Counted from the first letter of the stretch, positions 11,233 through 23,309 are shown. The stretch is 50,694 nt of DNA from Octopus bimaculoides (GCF_001194135.2 NC_068988.1:1727250-1777943), one strand, 5' to 3'. Program-made: numbers and translations. Notes: generated by a model not told the origin, from the letters alone.

Positions 11233-11653
11233 TTTTGTTGTGTCTAAATTGAGAATATAATGAAGTCACTGTCGAGAGTATTGTTATAAATACTCACCAA
11301 CATCGTCATATGATCTCCCCGTGTTTAATATTTAATCAAATGTTTTATTTGTGTCGGTGCAACCAATAAAATTCATGTCTTAGTTTCGACAAACAACGTC
11401 TAAATTTCAACTCTTCACTCTGTAAATATCGCTCTGCCAGCGTCACTGGAATCGGTTCACTTTTGTACAATTATCACTGCAGTCAAAGACTATTTGTTTG
11501 GACAAACAATACTATTGTTACCATCATAATCAGCTAACTTTGCTATTTTCTGCCTGGCATTTCATACATTCCTCTTTAGGAATGTCACTTGTTTCGATAA
11601 AGATTACGAAATAACTTTCAATTGCTTATACAGATTAACCCCTCGTCTTTCAG

Positions 11654-11791
11654 GTCAACAAATGCTCAGAAATCTCTTTTACAAGAGGTGAAGGTTGCCG
11701 AGCTGATATGGTTCTGGGCGATCAACGGAAAAGAACGATACGTGATATCCTGTTAGAAGGGTTTAATCCCAACCCAGCTGATAAACAATAA
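11654..11791 (+). CDS. Candidate terminal exon, unknown protein
   Basis: Branch-like ttaac, a pyrimidine tract and tttcag|GTC. Frame 0 gives VNKCSEISFTRGEGCRADMVLGDQRKRTIRDILLEGFNPNPADKQ*, with AATAAA overlapping the stop. The other frames give shorter peptides. No homology recognised. Confidence 0.25.
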   Translation, partial: VNKCSEISFTRGEGCRADMVLGDQRKRTIRDILLEGFNPNPADKQ

Positions 11792-12120
11792 ACAGACCTC
11801 GTACATTGGTGGACTTCACCGTTATATATAGCGGTGAAGTCAATGCAGTCATTGTAAGCAATGCACCGGGCCCTATAATATTCAGTTATTGACGACAGAT
11901 TAGAATTGGGCCCCTGGGCAATTCCTTAGTCTGGCTATGCCTTAAGACGGTATTGAGTGAAGTACTGTAAGACACTGCAGTACCATGTTCAACTCAGTTT
12001 GTAATGACGGTCAAAAGACTCACTGGTTTCGTACATATGGGGTTCAGACAAAATATATCCTCTCAGAAGATATTCCAGTCCCACTCCCGTTCAATTGAAA
12101 CACAAAGCCCCTATTTTAGA

Positions 12121-12305
12121 TACCATATTTACTCATGTATAAGTTGCAGTGTTTTAGCTTTGATTTTAACAGAAACCACCACCCCACCCCAAACTGGAGT
12201 AGGACTTATTCACGGGCCAAAGCTAAAATTATGAAGGGGATTAATTTCGTAGAATGATTTTACACTAAATTAGAGGCGAAACTTAATACACGAATAAATA
12301 CCGTT
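12121..12305. mobile_element. Tc1/mariner-pogo (Tigger-like) MITE
   Basis: Imperfect TIRs: TACCATATTTACTCATGTATAAG and CTTAATACACGAATAAATACCGTTA, with TA at the ends. Confidence 0.65.
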
Positions 12306-12931
12306 ATTGAACCGATAATTTTGTTGGGGATGACGTAGATAAGATACTGCCGAAGTAATGTGAAGTAATGTGTTTAGCGATTTCTGGTAGAAGAGACTTG
12401 CACCCTACGACTTTATCCGTATATTTTATCGATATATTCAAGTGTAACATAGCAGTGATTATTGACTACATTCTTTATATACAAAAATTAAAGGAATTTT
12501 GGTTTCAAATTGTCGCTGTGAATTTGAATATAGATTCAAAACTATATTGTTAGTGAAGTAGAATGAATGTAGTTTACCGAAAACGCTTTTTATTTGTGTT
12601 CTTAGAATCGAGAAAAATAGCCTGAAAAATGTCGACTTATTTGTAACAAATCATTTCAGTATACAGGAATAGTGCTTTAAATTTACTGTTGTTCTTTCAA
12701 TGTTGATCAAATCTATTCTGGAGTTGGTTATTTTTGTCATTAATTTAACAAGTTAACATAGTTATCGATTCCAGTCGATTTATATTACGAACAAGAAGCT
12801 TTGTTGCTTTCAACTGTCTTACAACACTAAATAAATTAAATGGATTGTCTCTCTCCCCGGGGGAGGTAGCTCGGACAACTGGATGATCAAGCGAGCATTA
12901 TCTTTCTTTATATCACGGTTAAATTACTTAA

Positions 12932-13148
12932 CCCCCTTGGCATTTAAACCAGCCATATCTGACCCAAATATTCAACATGTTTTATGTTCAAACCAGCCAG
13001 ATCCAGCCCCTAACATCTACCCGACAATGTCATTCTAAAAACGATCATGTGATTGAAATTTCGAAGCTACGAGTTAATGCATGATTAATTCAAAGCAATG
13101 TGAATAAATAAACATTGTATTTGACAGAATAAACTGAATGCTAATAGG
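12932..13148. mobile_element. piggyBac-like MITE with TTAA target-site duplication
   Basis: TTAA|CCCCCTTGGCATT ... AATGCTAATAGG|TTAA (imperfect TIRs). Confidence 0.75.
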
Positions 13149-13443
13149 TTAAATCTCACCGACTGAGTCTAAATAGCTCTTAATCGATGCCGCATTACGA
13201 AATAATTCGCTGTTGTAAGCCGTGGCAGCACTAGTATTATCAAGCATTTTCAAAGTTTGCATTATTGAATTCGGCGGATAAAAGTTCTTTGGAATAAACT
13301 AGTTATTTATCATGGAAGAAACTAACCACTCATAAACTCAAATGCTACGCAAACTGGGGTTAGTATCTGCTCCGTAGATTTTTCTGACAAGCTTCAAAAG
13401 ATAGAATTATCAAATGTTACAATTGTTGAAGTTTGGTTTCCAG

Positions 13444-13640
13444 GCGACGAGCAGGCAGAATCGTTAGCTCACCAGACAAAATGCTTAGCGGCATTTCGTC
13501 CGTTCTTACGTTCTGAGGTTATCTTTGCCTTTCATCCTTTCAGGGTTAATAAAATAAGTACCAGTTGTGCACTGGGGTTGATGGAATCGACTTGCCACTC
13601 CCCTGAAGTTGCTGGCCTCGTGCTAAAATTTGAAACCAAT
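13444..13640 (+). mobile_element. SINE family A
   Basis: ggcgacgagcaggcagaatcgttagc...tttgcctttcatcctttcagggttaataaaataagtaccag. Confidence 0.9.
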
Positions 13641-13819
13641 AAGTTGACAGTACATTGGCAGTTGATGGCATCAAATCTAGATATGTGGACGTCTTTGCTT
13701 TGTATTATGTAGACACATTTGCCAAAGAGATCAGCATCGAACCAAAACAACATGGCCGTTGTACATTTGGTTGATGACAAGGTTACACTTAATATCCCTA
13801 CAATTAATGTCCTTTCTAT

Positions 13820-14135
13820 TATAGGAACAAAGGCTGAAATTTGGGGGAGGGTGATAGTTGATTGCACCAACCCCAGTACTCAACTGGTACTTTTACAACT
13901 CCTCCTCCTCCCCTTCTTCTTCTTCTTCTTCTTCTTCTTCTTCTTCTTCTTCTTCTTCTTCTTCTTCTTCTTCTTCTTCTTCTTCTTCTTCTTCTTCTTC
14001 TTCTTCTTCTTCTTCTTCTTCTTCTTTAAAGATTGACGTAACTCTTGACGAAGGTCAATAGGCAATAAAAAGAGCGCGAGATGCAGCAGTTTCCATTTTA
14101 CGTTTTGAACCCGAAGAAGACAGACGAATCTGTTG
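13820..14135 (-). mobile_element. SINE family A interrupted by a (CTT)n array at about 13912-14025
   Basis: The SINE 3' half (gaaatttgggggagggtg...aactggtactt) lies left of the array. A degenerate 5' half (tttgaacccgaagaagacagacg) lies right of it. Confidence 0.55.
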
Positions 14136-14175
14136 AAATATCGTCCAAACCGTTAAAGAAACAATCTTTTGCTTG

Positions 14176-14400
14176 AGCTGGCAGAATCGTTAGCAACGCC
14201 GGACAAAATGCTCAACGGCATTTTGTCCGTCTTGAAGTTCTGAGTTCAAATTCTGCCGAGGTCGACTTTGCCTTTCATCCTTTCGAGGTCGATCAAATAA
14301 GTACCAGTCGAGTACTGGGGTAGATGTAATCGATTCACACCTTCCCCATTTCTTGCTGACCTTGTGCCAAAATCTGAAACTATTATTATTATTATTATTA
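14176..14400 (+). mobile_element. SINE family A with (ATT)n tail
   Basis: gctggcagaatcgttagc...gagttcaaattctgccgaggtcgactttgcctttcatcctttcgaggtcg. Confidence 0.92.
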
Positions 14401-14769
14401 CTGCCAGAGTGTTTTCCTTTAGAATACCTGTGTAGATATAGTTTTCCATATTCCATAAAACTGTAAAACCAGTTCTACGGAATGGTATTTTTATTGCAGC
14501 AGCACTTAAAGTAGGAATACTACAGTTAAATATAATTCTTGATGTAATTCGTTAGGTGAACTTTGGAATCGAATTCCTTATATAATCTGTTACAATCACT
14601 GGAGCCACATTAAAGACATAAATAATTTTCTCATCTATATTAGCCAAGTAGATTCTCTGAGTAAATAAAAGTCTCGTTATTCTTGCAGAAATATTCCAAA
14701 CGATTTGTCTATCTACTTATAAAATCGCCGACACGAACTTCCATCTGGATTTGAATATATCGATTACTT

Positions 14770-15571
14770 CCTTCTCTCTCTCTCTCTGTCTTCTCTCTCT
14801 CTCTCTGTCTTCTCTCTCTCTCTCTGTCTTCTCTCTCTCTCTCTCTGTCTTCTCTCTCTCTCTCTCTCTGTCTTCTCTCTCTCTCTGTCTTCTCTCTCTC
14901 TCTCTGTCTTCTCTCTCTCTCTCTGTCTTCTCTCTCNNNNNNNNNNNNNNNNNNNNNNNNNNNNNNNNNNNNNNNNNNNNNNNNNNNNNNNNNNNNNNNN
15001 NNNNNNNNNNNNNNNNNNNNNNNNNNNNNNNNNNNNNNNNNNNNNNNNNNNNNNNNNNNNNNNNNNNNNNNNNNNNNNNNNNNNNNNNNNNNNNNNNNNN
15101 NNNNNNNNNNNNNNNNNNNNNNNNNNNNNNNNNNNNNNNNNNNNNNNNNNNNNNNNNNNNNNNNNNNNNNNNNNNNNNNNNNNNNNNNNNNNNNNNNNNN
15201 NNNNNNNNNNNNNNNNNNNNNNNNNNNNNNNNNNNNNNNNNNNNNNNNNNNNNNNNNNNNNNNNNNNNNNNNNNNNNNNNNNNNNNNNNNNNNNNNNNNN
15301 NNNNNNNNNNNNNNNNNNNNNNNNNNNNNNNNNNNNNNNNNNNNNNNNNNNNNNNNNNNNNNNNNNNNNNNNNNNNNNNNNNNCTTCTCTCTCTCTCTCT
15401 GTCTTCTCTCTCTCTCTCTGTCTTCTCTCTCTCTCTCTGTCTTCTCTCTCTCTCTCTCTCTCTGTCTTCTCTCTCTCTCTCTCTGTGTCTTCTCTCTCTC
15501 TCTCTGTCTTCTCTCTCTTCTACCCTCTATCTCTCTTTCTTTTTCTTTCTCCCAGTTTCTCTTTCCCCCTT

Positions 15572-15608
<37 letters not shown>

Positions 15609-15800
15609 GTCTCTCTCCCTTCCTCTGCCCACTTCTCTCACTCTCTTCCTATCTCCGTCTTTCTCTGCCTCTCTCTTTCTCTTCTTCCCTTCCTCTCTAA
15701 CCTCCTCTTTCTCCTTTTCTCCCTCTCGCATTGTCTCTCTTTCTCTCTCTCTTCACCTCCCTCTCTCCCATTCTCTCTCCCTCTCTCTTTCATTTTCCCT
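14770..15800. repeat. (CT)n-based minisatellite (TCTCTCTCTCTG-TCT units) spanning a gap, grading into CT-rich low-complexity DNA
   Basis: Directly visible. It explains the long ERER and LSLS ORFs. Confidence 0.95.
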
Positions 15801-16099
15801 TCCTGTTTCATTGGTTTGTTTTCACATTGCATAAGCATTCACATTTATAAACTAAAAGAAGCACGAAATTGTGACATTCATGCCTTTCTATTTTCAATTA
15901 TATTATCAACAAAAATGATGTGAAAGGATTTTAATTTAGAATCTAAAGCGGAATACAAAATCAACCCACCTATCATGTAGTCAGCGTTTGTTGTGTTGGC
16001 GGGGCCGCAGGAACGGTTGCTCTGGGCACAATGTAACTAAGGACGCAAAATTCCAAAAGAAAAAAATACAAGAGATAAACTAGAAAAAAATCATGAAAA

Positions 16100-16221
16100 G
16101 TAGCAACACGAAGTGAAGTGTATTGCTCAAGAACACAATGGGAAACCCGATTCAGGGATTGAATCCATGATGTTATGATCTCGAGCCGAACACCCCAAAC
16201 ACTAAGCCATGCACCTTCACA
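16100..16221 (-). mobile_element. tRNA-derived SINE, family C
   Basis: Reverse complement of gtgaaggtgcatggcttagtgtttggggtgttcggctc...tgtgttcttgagcaa, which is shared with 16360, 21830 and 49515. Confidence 0.8.
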
Positions 16222-16359
16222 TACAAGATAATGGTAGTTTCTTGTAGTCCGAGAAAGACGGTTCTGCAATTTCTTACTGAACAATCTGTACAATGGATTT
16301 GTTTATAGCAATCAAGTGCTTGAACTGGATAATTAACTCACTTCTTCCATCAAATCGAT

Positions 16360-16520
16360 GCTGTGTGAACAGGTGCAACAGGTGTGCCACACGTCAGGTG
16401 TCAAAGTGATTGCGGAGCAGCGTGACATGAAGTGTTTTGTTCAAGAACGCAACGCATCACCCGGTCCAAGAATTGAAACCACGATCTCGTAGGTGCAACA
16501 CCCTAACCACTGGGCCATGC
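16360..16520 (-). mobile_element. SINE family C
   Basis: gaagtgttttgttcaagaacgcaacgc...gaattgaaaccacgatc...caccctaaccactgggccatgc. Confidence 0.8.
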
Positions 16521-16944
16521 AGGATACTAGAGTGGTTACTCCACTATTAACAATTAGCAAGATAGTATAGTTAGCTGCAAATAGTGTGGCAACACAGGGT
16601 ACACTGAAAAAGCTAAAGGACCATCCTACTCTCTCGGGGACGTTTATCTTTTAAGCACTTTGGAGGCCCGAGTTAAACGGTGGTTCTATGGAGAAACTCT
16701 CACGTTAAAATGACTATCGTTTTATATTTTCTCTGTGAGAAGCATATTAAGTCTTTGATGTGCTTGTGACAGAATTGGTGGAAAACCGATCGATAATAGA
16801 AGCACTTAAACTCAACATTTTAAGGTGAAAAGAAATTGCAAGTCAGCGAAAATATAGAGAGATCCCTTTCGTTTCATCGGTGAGCTTTTTCTTTATTGTA
16901 TTAAATAGTTTTTAAATTTTATTTTTCAATATCCAATGGTTTAA

Positions 16945-17130
16945 GGGCGGTTGGTTGACAGAAATGTAAGAACAGCGCACAAAAGGCCTTCTATTTATTC
17001 CGGATGTTTACGTTATGAGTTCAAATCCAGCCGAATTCAACTCTGCTTTGTTTTGAAAATAAACTATTGGGGTCGATATAATAGACATTTCCTTCCTTTC
17101 TCCAAATTTCAGATCTTGTGTCGATGTACG
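16945..17130 (+). mobile_element. SINE family A, degenerate
   Basis: tttacgttatgagttcaaatccagccga...ttggggtcgat. Confidence 0.7.
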
Positions 17131-17169
17131 GAATCCATATCTAATGGTTTAACCAGGAAGAAGTGGGAT

Positions 17170-17370
17170 CTGCAGCTAGGCTCTCACGGGAAGAGATATT
17201 GGTGGAGTTATAATTTAATAATTGCAAATCGACAACTCTAGGAAGCCATGGAGGTGAGTTAGTACCAGAGAGAGTTGAGGATCTAATGAGGAAGAGAATT
17301 GATAGCGATTAGTATTGGTCTGGCAGAGAAGTGAGATATACTATGAGAGGAGAGACGAGTGTGTCGGGGT
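17170..17370 (-). mobile_element. CR1/L2-clade LINE 3' end remnant
   Basis: Frameshifted TRLSSHSI...TNTNRYQFS...RSSTL...DLQLL resembles the CR1-type ORF2 C-terminus (TR.SSHP..V..PR.RTNHY.NSFFPRTS.LWNSLP). Confidence 0.4.
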
Positions 17371-17476
17371 TGGTGGTATTCATTTAGTTAGCTCTAAGGA
17401 GCAGAAACAATAGAAATAACGTTGTCAACGAATATCTCCTACCACTTGGCCACACACCTTCACTGCGCGTATGCAC

Positions 17477-17527
<51 letters not shown>

Positions 17528-17534
17528 TGATGCT

Positions 17535-17680
17535 TTTAAACGGAGTTTCTGTCCATCTTATTCTTCTCCCTGACGACGTGGTCTACGCCAGGCTATATTA
17601 GAAGACATTTACCCTAACTCAGAACTGTAAATCCTAACTCGGATCCACGTGACTGTGAACCCAGCGTCTTCGCCTGACAA
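17535..17680 (-). mobile_element. SINE family B, degenerate
   Basis: gccaggctatattagaagacatttaccc matches the reverse complement of the family B body. Confidence 0.55.
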
Positions 17681-18051
17681 TCACGTCGCAACGTTGTAAG
17701 GGAGATGAGACTGACCAAAACGACCTCTCGTCTAATACGGGTACGTTTATCGAAACCATAGCGAATCGAACCCCAAATCTCCCTTAAGATAGGTGAAATG
17801 AAATACTTTAATGGTGTCTAATATAGCCTTAGGGTCCATAAACCATTTTCCTTCCGTTTCCCCCGCCCCAACTTATTATTACAGCTTAGCATGGAAAGAA
17901 GCAGTTTGTCTTGTGTGTCCGGTGGTTTTAAATACGATTTATTGCAATATGCAGGCGGACAGCTATAAATCTCGTTACAGTCAGCGATCTTAACACAGAC
18001 ACCACCGTTCTTAAAATAATGGAAGGAAAGTGCACCGAGTAAGCAACAGTC

Positions 18052-18248
<197 letters not shown>

Positions 18249-19142
18249 NNNNNNNNNNNNNNNNNNNNNNNNNNNNNNNNNNNNNNNNNNNNNNNNNNNN
18301 NNNNNNNNNNNNNNNNNNNNNNNNNNNNNNNNNNNNNNNNNNNNNNNNNNNNNNNNNNNNNNNNNNNNNNNNNNNNNNNNNNNNNNNNNNNNNNNNNNNN
18401 NNNNNNNNNNNNNNNNNNNNNNNNNNNNNNNNNNNNNNNNNNNNNNNNNNNNNNNNNNNNNNNNNNNNNNNNNNNNNNNNNNNNNNNNNNNNNNNNNNNN
18501 NNNNNNNNNNNNNNNNNNNNNNNNNNNNNNNNNNNNNNNNNNNNNNNNNNNNNNNNNNNNNNNNNNNNNNNNNNNNNNNNNNNNNNNNNNNNNNNNNNNN
18601 NNNNNNNNNNNNNNNNNNNNNNNNNNNNNNNNNNNNNNNNNNNNNNNNNNNNNNNNNNNNNNNNNNNNNNNNNNNNNNNNNNNNNNNNNNNNNNNNNNNN
18701 NNNNNNNNNNNNNNNNNNNNNNNNNNNNNNNNNNNNNNNNNNNNNNNNNNNNNNNNNNNNNNNNNNNNNNNNNNNNNNNNNNNNNNNNNNNNNNNNNNNN
18801 NNNNNNNNNNNNNNNNNNNNNNNNNNNNNNNNNNNNNNNNNNNNNNNNNNNNNNNNNNNNNNNNNNNNNNNNNNNNNNNNNNNNNNNNNNNNNNNNNNNN
18901 NNNNNNNNNNNNNNNNNNNNNNNNNNNNNNNNNNNNNNNNNNNNNNNNNNNNNNNNNNNNNNNNNNNNNNNNNNNNNNNNNNNNNNNNNNNNNNNNNNNN
19001 NNNNNNNNNNNNNNNNNNNNNNNNNNNNNNNNNNNNNNNNNNNNNNNNNNNNNNNNNNNNNNNNNNNNNNNNNNNNNNNNNNNNNNNNNNNNNNNNNNNN
19101 NNNNNNNNNNNNNNNNNNNNNNNNNNNNNNNNNNNNNNNNNN

Positions 19143-19275
19143 CTTTGTCTTTCATCCTTTCGGGGTCGATAGATTAAGTACCAGTGAAACACTGGGATCG
19201 ATGTAATCGACTACTCCCCTTCCTCAAAATTTCAGGCTTTGTGCTTTTAACAGAAAAGGATCGTTATTATTATTA
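19143..19275 (+). mobile_element. SINE family A, 3' part
   Basis: ctttcatcctttcggggtcgatagattaagtaccagtgaaacactggg. Confidence 0.9.
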
Positions 19276-19401
19276 TTATAAAAGTCTTCTTGTCACTCTG
19301 TTAGTAAGTACGTGTGGTACGCTCCCTGCCAGCGCTGTTGTTTGGATCAAATTACCACATGTGTTAATGGCAAAGACCTATCAATCCAGAACATAGAAAG
19401 A

Positions 19402-19434
<33 letters not shown>

Positions 19435-20189
19435 ATTTAAGGAAAATTTCATTTTGTAAGTTATTTTTTTTACTCATTAGTTTGCTCAGGTTTTTCTAGC
19501 GAGCTTTTATATTAGCAGCTTCGTTTGGATGGTCATAATGGATTATTATGAGATATCACAGTTTCTGGCTTTGATGTATTTCTACAAAATATTTCGTGCA
19601 GTACTAAATATTCGTATTTACTTTACGATTATATAAAAGGTATGCTTAAGTGACTGTATTTATTTGTTTATAAAGAAAATCACATATATATGAATATTAA
19701 TTTATTGCATTCATATTTAATACATCAGGACAATTACAGCTTTTCATTCGATCCTCTCCAGTCATAAACAGTCGTTAATGACATGAATGATGTTTGAGCA
19801 GAAATTGTTTTAGCTGCAATGAAACTTCATCATGAAAAACTTTTCATTCCTCAAAACTATTACAAGAATTTATCTTCCCGTAATAGTTGCAATTCACGTG
19901 CTGCTCTGTGTTGAAGTAATGGTTTCGATTCCGGGTCGAGTGAATACTTTATTTTATGTTGTTTCAGTCTGTTCTGTTGTAAATGAGTAAACCCTTCGAC
20001 AAACTGTTGTAATCCCGGTCAATTATACGCCACGACTATTGGGTATCTGGCCTAATGAGTTCTAGGACTTGCGATCGTAATGCCCATGGGTTGTTGTTGG
20101 TGGTGGTGATGATGATGATGACGACGACGACGACGACGACGACGATGATGATGATGATGATGATGATGACGATGATGATATCGCTTCCA

Positions 20190-20329
20190 CCCTTTCCCGT
20201 CAGTCTGTCCATCTCTCCTCACCCCTACTGTATCTTACTGCGCCGGCTCTGAGCCAATCGCCATTCCCAGTCTATCCTCTCAGAACTTCCACCCCACAAA
20301 ATTCCACCCCTTTCCCAGCTGATCCCAGT
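20190..20329 (+). mobile_element. CR1/L2-clade LINE 3' end remnant
   Basis: HPYCILLRRL*ANRHSQSILS / RTSTPQN resembles HP..V.IPR.RTNH.SNSFFPRTS.LWN. Confidence 0.5.
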
Positions 20330-21056
20330 NNNNNNNNNNNNNNNNNNNNNNNNNNNNNNNNNNNNNNNNNNNNNNNNNNNNNNNNNNNNNNNNNNNNNNN
20401 NNNNNNNNNNNNNNNNNNNNNNNNNNNNNNNNNNNNNNNNNNNNNNNNNNNNNNNNNNNNNNNNNNNNNNNNNNNNNNNNNNNNNNNNNNNNNNNNNNNN
20501 NNNNNNNNNNNNNNNNNNNNNNNNNNNNNNNNNNNNNNNNNNNNNNNNNNNNNNNNNNNNNNNNNNNNNNNNNNNNNNNNNNNNNNNNNNNNNNNNNNNN
20601 NNNNNNNNNNNNNNNNNNNNNNNNNNNNNNNNNNNNNNNNNNNNNNNNNNNNNNNNNNNNNNNNNNNNNNNNNNNNNNNNNNNNNNNNNNNNNNNNNNNN
20701 NNNNNNNNNNNNNNNNNNNNNNNNNNNNNNNNNNNNNNNNNNNNNNNNNNNNNNNNNNNNNNNNNNNNNNNNNNNNNNNNNNNNNNNNNNNNNNNNNNNN
20801 NNNNNNNNNNNNNNNNNNNNNNNNNNNNNNNNNNNNNNNNNNNNNNNNNNNNNNNNNNNNNNNNNNNNNNNNNNNNNNNNNNNNNNNNNNNNNNNNNNNN
20901 NNNNNNNNNNNNNNNNNNNNNNNNNNNNNNNNNNNNNNNNNNNNNNNNNNNNNNNNNNNNNNNNNNNNNNNNNNNNNNNNNNNNNNNNNNNNNNNNNNNN
21001 NNNNNNNNNNNNNNNNNNNNNNNNNNNNNNNNNNNNNNNNNNNNNNNNNNNNNNNN

Positions 21057-21087
<31 letters not shown>

Positions 21088-21596
21088 GCACACATACATA
21101 CATACATACATATACATACATACATAGACACACACACACACACACTCTCACACATATTGTAATTGGGATGTTATACACATTGTTGACTTTGAGATCTTTT
21201 AATGATGACCTGTTCAAAACATTGCAAAATATTTCTCTCAACATTTTATGTTCCTATGAAAGAAAGAAAAACAGTTATTGGTAATAACAAATAAAAAAAA
21301 AGGGATTTTGGAGACAGAAGAACAGAGCGTCAGATAAAAACGTGTTTCGGTATTGTGCTGGCCTTTTTACGTTATGAGTTCAAACCCTTACCCGGTCAAC
21401 CATTGTCTTTCCTCCTCCTCCTCCTCATCATCATCATCATCAAGCCCTGTACGTTACTGTCCCGGGCCCCAGAATTCATAGGACCGGTCTTCCGGTTTCC
21501 ATGGCGTATGAGCGACTGAGATCACAACCGGAATTAAGGAAGGATAGGAAAATATTAGATTTATAAGTCCTAAAATTCACTCCATAATTCCTCCCC

Positions 21597-21810
21597 GTCA
21601 TATGGCGTAGTGGTTAAGGGCGCGGGCTACTAACCCCAAGATTCCTAGTTCGATGATAAAAATAATAATAATAACACCGAAAAATACCTTAGGAATGAGA
21701 ACCCAGAACACCTGATGAAGGCTGGAGGGTATATCAGCTGAAACGTTGTGTTAACAACAAACAAGATAAGAACAAATATCCGTCAAATGTAAATAATGTA
21801 AATAATGTAC
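21597..21810 (+). mobile_element. SINE-like element: tRNA-like head, hammerhead-containing body and short tandem tail
   Basis: A-box TGGCGTAGTGG (21603-21613), anticodon-like arm GGG-CTACTAA-CCC, truncated B-box AGTTCGAT, (AAT)n, HHR at 21707-21752, and tail (AAATAATGT)2. Confidence 0.75.
21707..21752 (+). ncRNA. Minimal type-I hammerhead ribozyme motif
   Basis: AACAC-CTGATGA-A-GGCTG GAGGGTATAT CAGCT-GAAA-CGTT-GTGTT. Stem I is AACAC/GTGTT, stem II is GGCTG/CAGCT, stem III is the loopless palindrome AACGTT, and the triplet is GUU. Confidence 0.75.
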
Positions 21811-21829
21811 CCGCCCCACCTGTACGGGA

Positions 21830-21985
21830 AGCCTGTCCGTCCCGTGGAAACTCATTTACAGGTGAGTGGATTGGGGTAGCGTGAAATGAAGTGTCATGCT
21901 TAGGAACACAGCCTACCGCTCAAGCCGAGAATCGAACACCTATCGTAAGAGCAACACCCTAACCACCGAGCCACATGCCTTCACC
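21830..21985 (-). mobile_element. SINE family C
   Basis: gtgaaatgaagtgtcatgcttaggaacaca...gaatcgaac...caccctaaccaccgagccacatgccttcac. Confidence 0.75.
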
Positions 21986-23309
21986 TCTTCAACCTTCCAG
22001 GGTCGTCAAAATAAAGTAGCCGTGAAGTACTGAACTCTATTATAATCGGCTACCACATCGACCCCGGTACTTTTTTTAAAAAACCTGGTACTTTTTCTAT
22101 CGGTCCTTTTGCCGAACCGCTGGCTTATGGGGTTGTGAACAAACCNNNNNNNNNNNNNNNNNNNNNNNNNNNNNNNNNNNNNNNNNNNNNNNNNNNNNNN
22201 NNNNNNNNNNNNNNNNNNNNNNNNNNNNNNNNNNNNNNNNNNNNNNNNNNNNNNNNNNNNNNNNNNNNNNNNNNNNNNNNNNNNNNNNNNNNNNNNNNNN
22301 NNNNNNNNNNNNNNNNNNNNNNNNNNNNNNNNNNNNNNNNNNNNNNNNNNNNNNNNNNNNNNNNNNNNNNNNNNNNNNNNNNNNNNNNNNNNNNNNNNNN
22401 NNNNNNNNNNNNNNNNNNNNNNNNNNNNNNNNNNNNNNNNNNNNNNNNNNNNNNNNNNNNNNNNNNNNNNNNNNNNNNNNNNNNNNNNNNNNNNNNNNNN
22501 NNNNNNNNNNNNNNNNNNNNNNNNNNNNNNNNNNNNNNNNNNNNNNNNNNNNNNNNNNNNNNNNNNNNNNNNNNNNNNNNNNNNTATATATATTCAGGGA
22601 TGGGGAACCGGTAGATTTAATTACGATCGTGTTAAGTTGTAAATGTGATTCCGCTGCTGCAGAAACACTGTCTTTCAAAATGGTCAAATGAAGATCTCCG
22701 TATTTTCACCTTACTTCAAACATGTTTGTGGTAAATGATTTAGGTTTTTTTCCATGCTTGTGACCTACTGTTAGCGAGTTCAAATCCAGCATAGATCGAC
22801 TTTTCTTTTTATTGTTATGAAGTTCACAAAAGAAGCATCAGCGTACATGGCTGTAAATATGTGTGTATACATGTATGTATGTGAGTGTGTGTGTGTAGGT
22901 GCGTATATGTGTGTTTGTATGTGTGTGCATATATACGTACATACATACATACATACATACATACACATCTCCGATTGAATCGATCTACAACATTAACCTT
23001 GCGCCAAGTCTAAAGGAATCCTTATATAACAACGATAACAACAACAACAACAACTGCTGCTGCTGCTTGCAGTGTTATTGATACAACTGCTGCTGTTGCT
23101 ATTTATCTATTTGCAGAAATCAATTCTATTCCTCTCTCTCTCTTTTCCTTCTTTCTCTCCCCCCTCTCTCTCGCTCTCACATACACATATACGCACACAC
23201 ACACACACGCATGCACGCGTACATACATATGCATGCACACACAAAGGAGAGGAAGAAGAAAAAGAATTTTTTTATATTTTCTTTTGTATGGAGTAAATAA
23301 AGATAAAAT

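Noticed and set aside
21597-21660. Possible tRNA gene with anticodon ACT
   Set aside because: The B-box/T-arm is truncated and there is no 3' acceptor strand. It is a SINE head.
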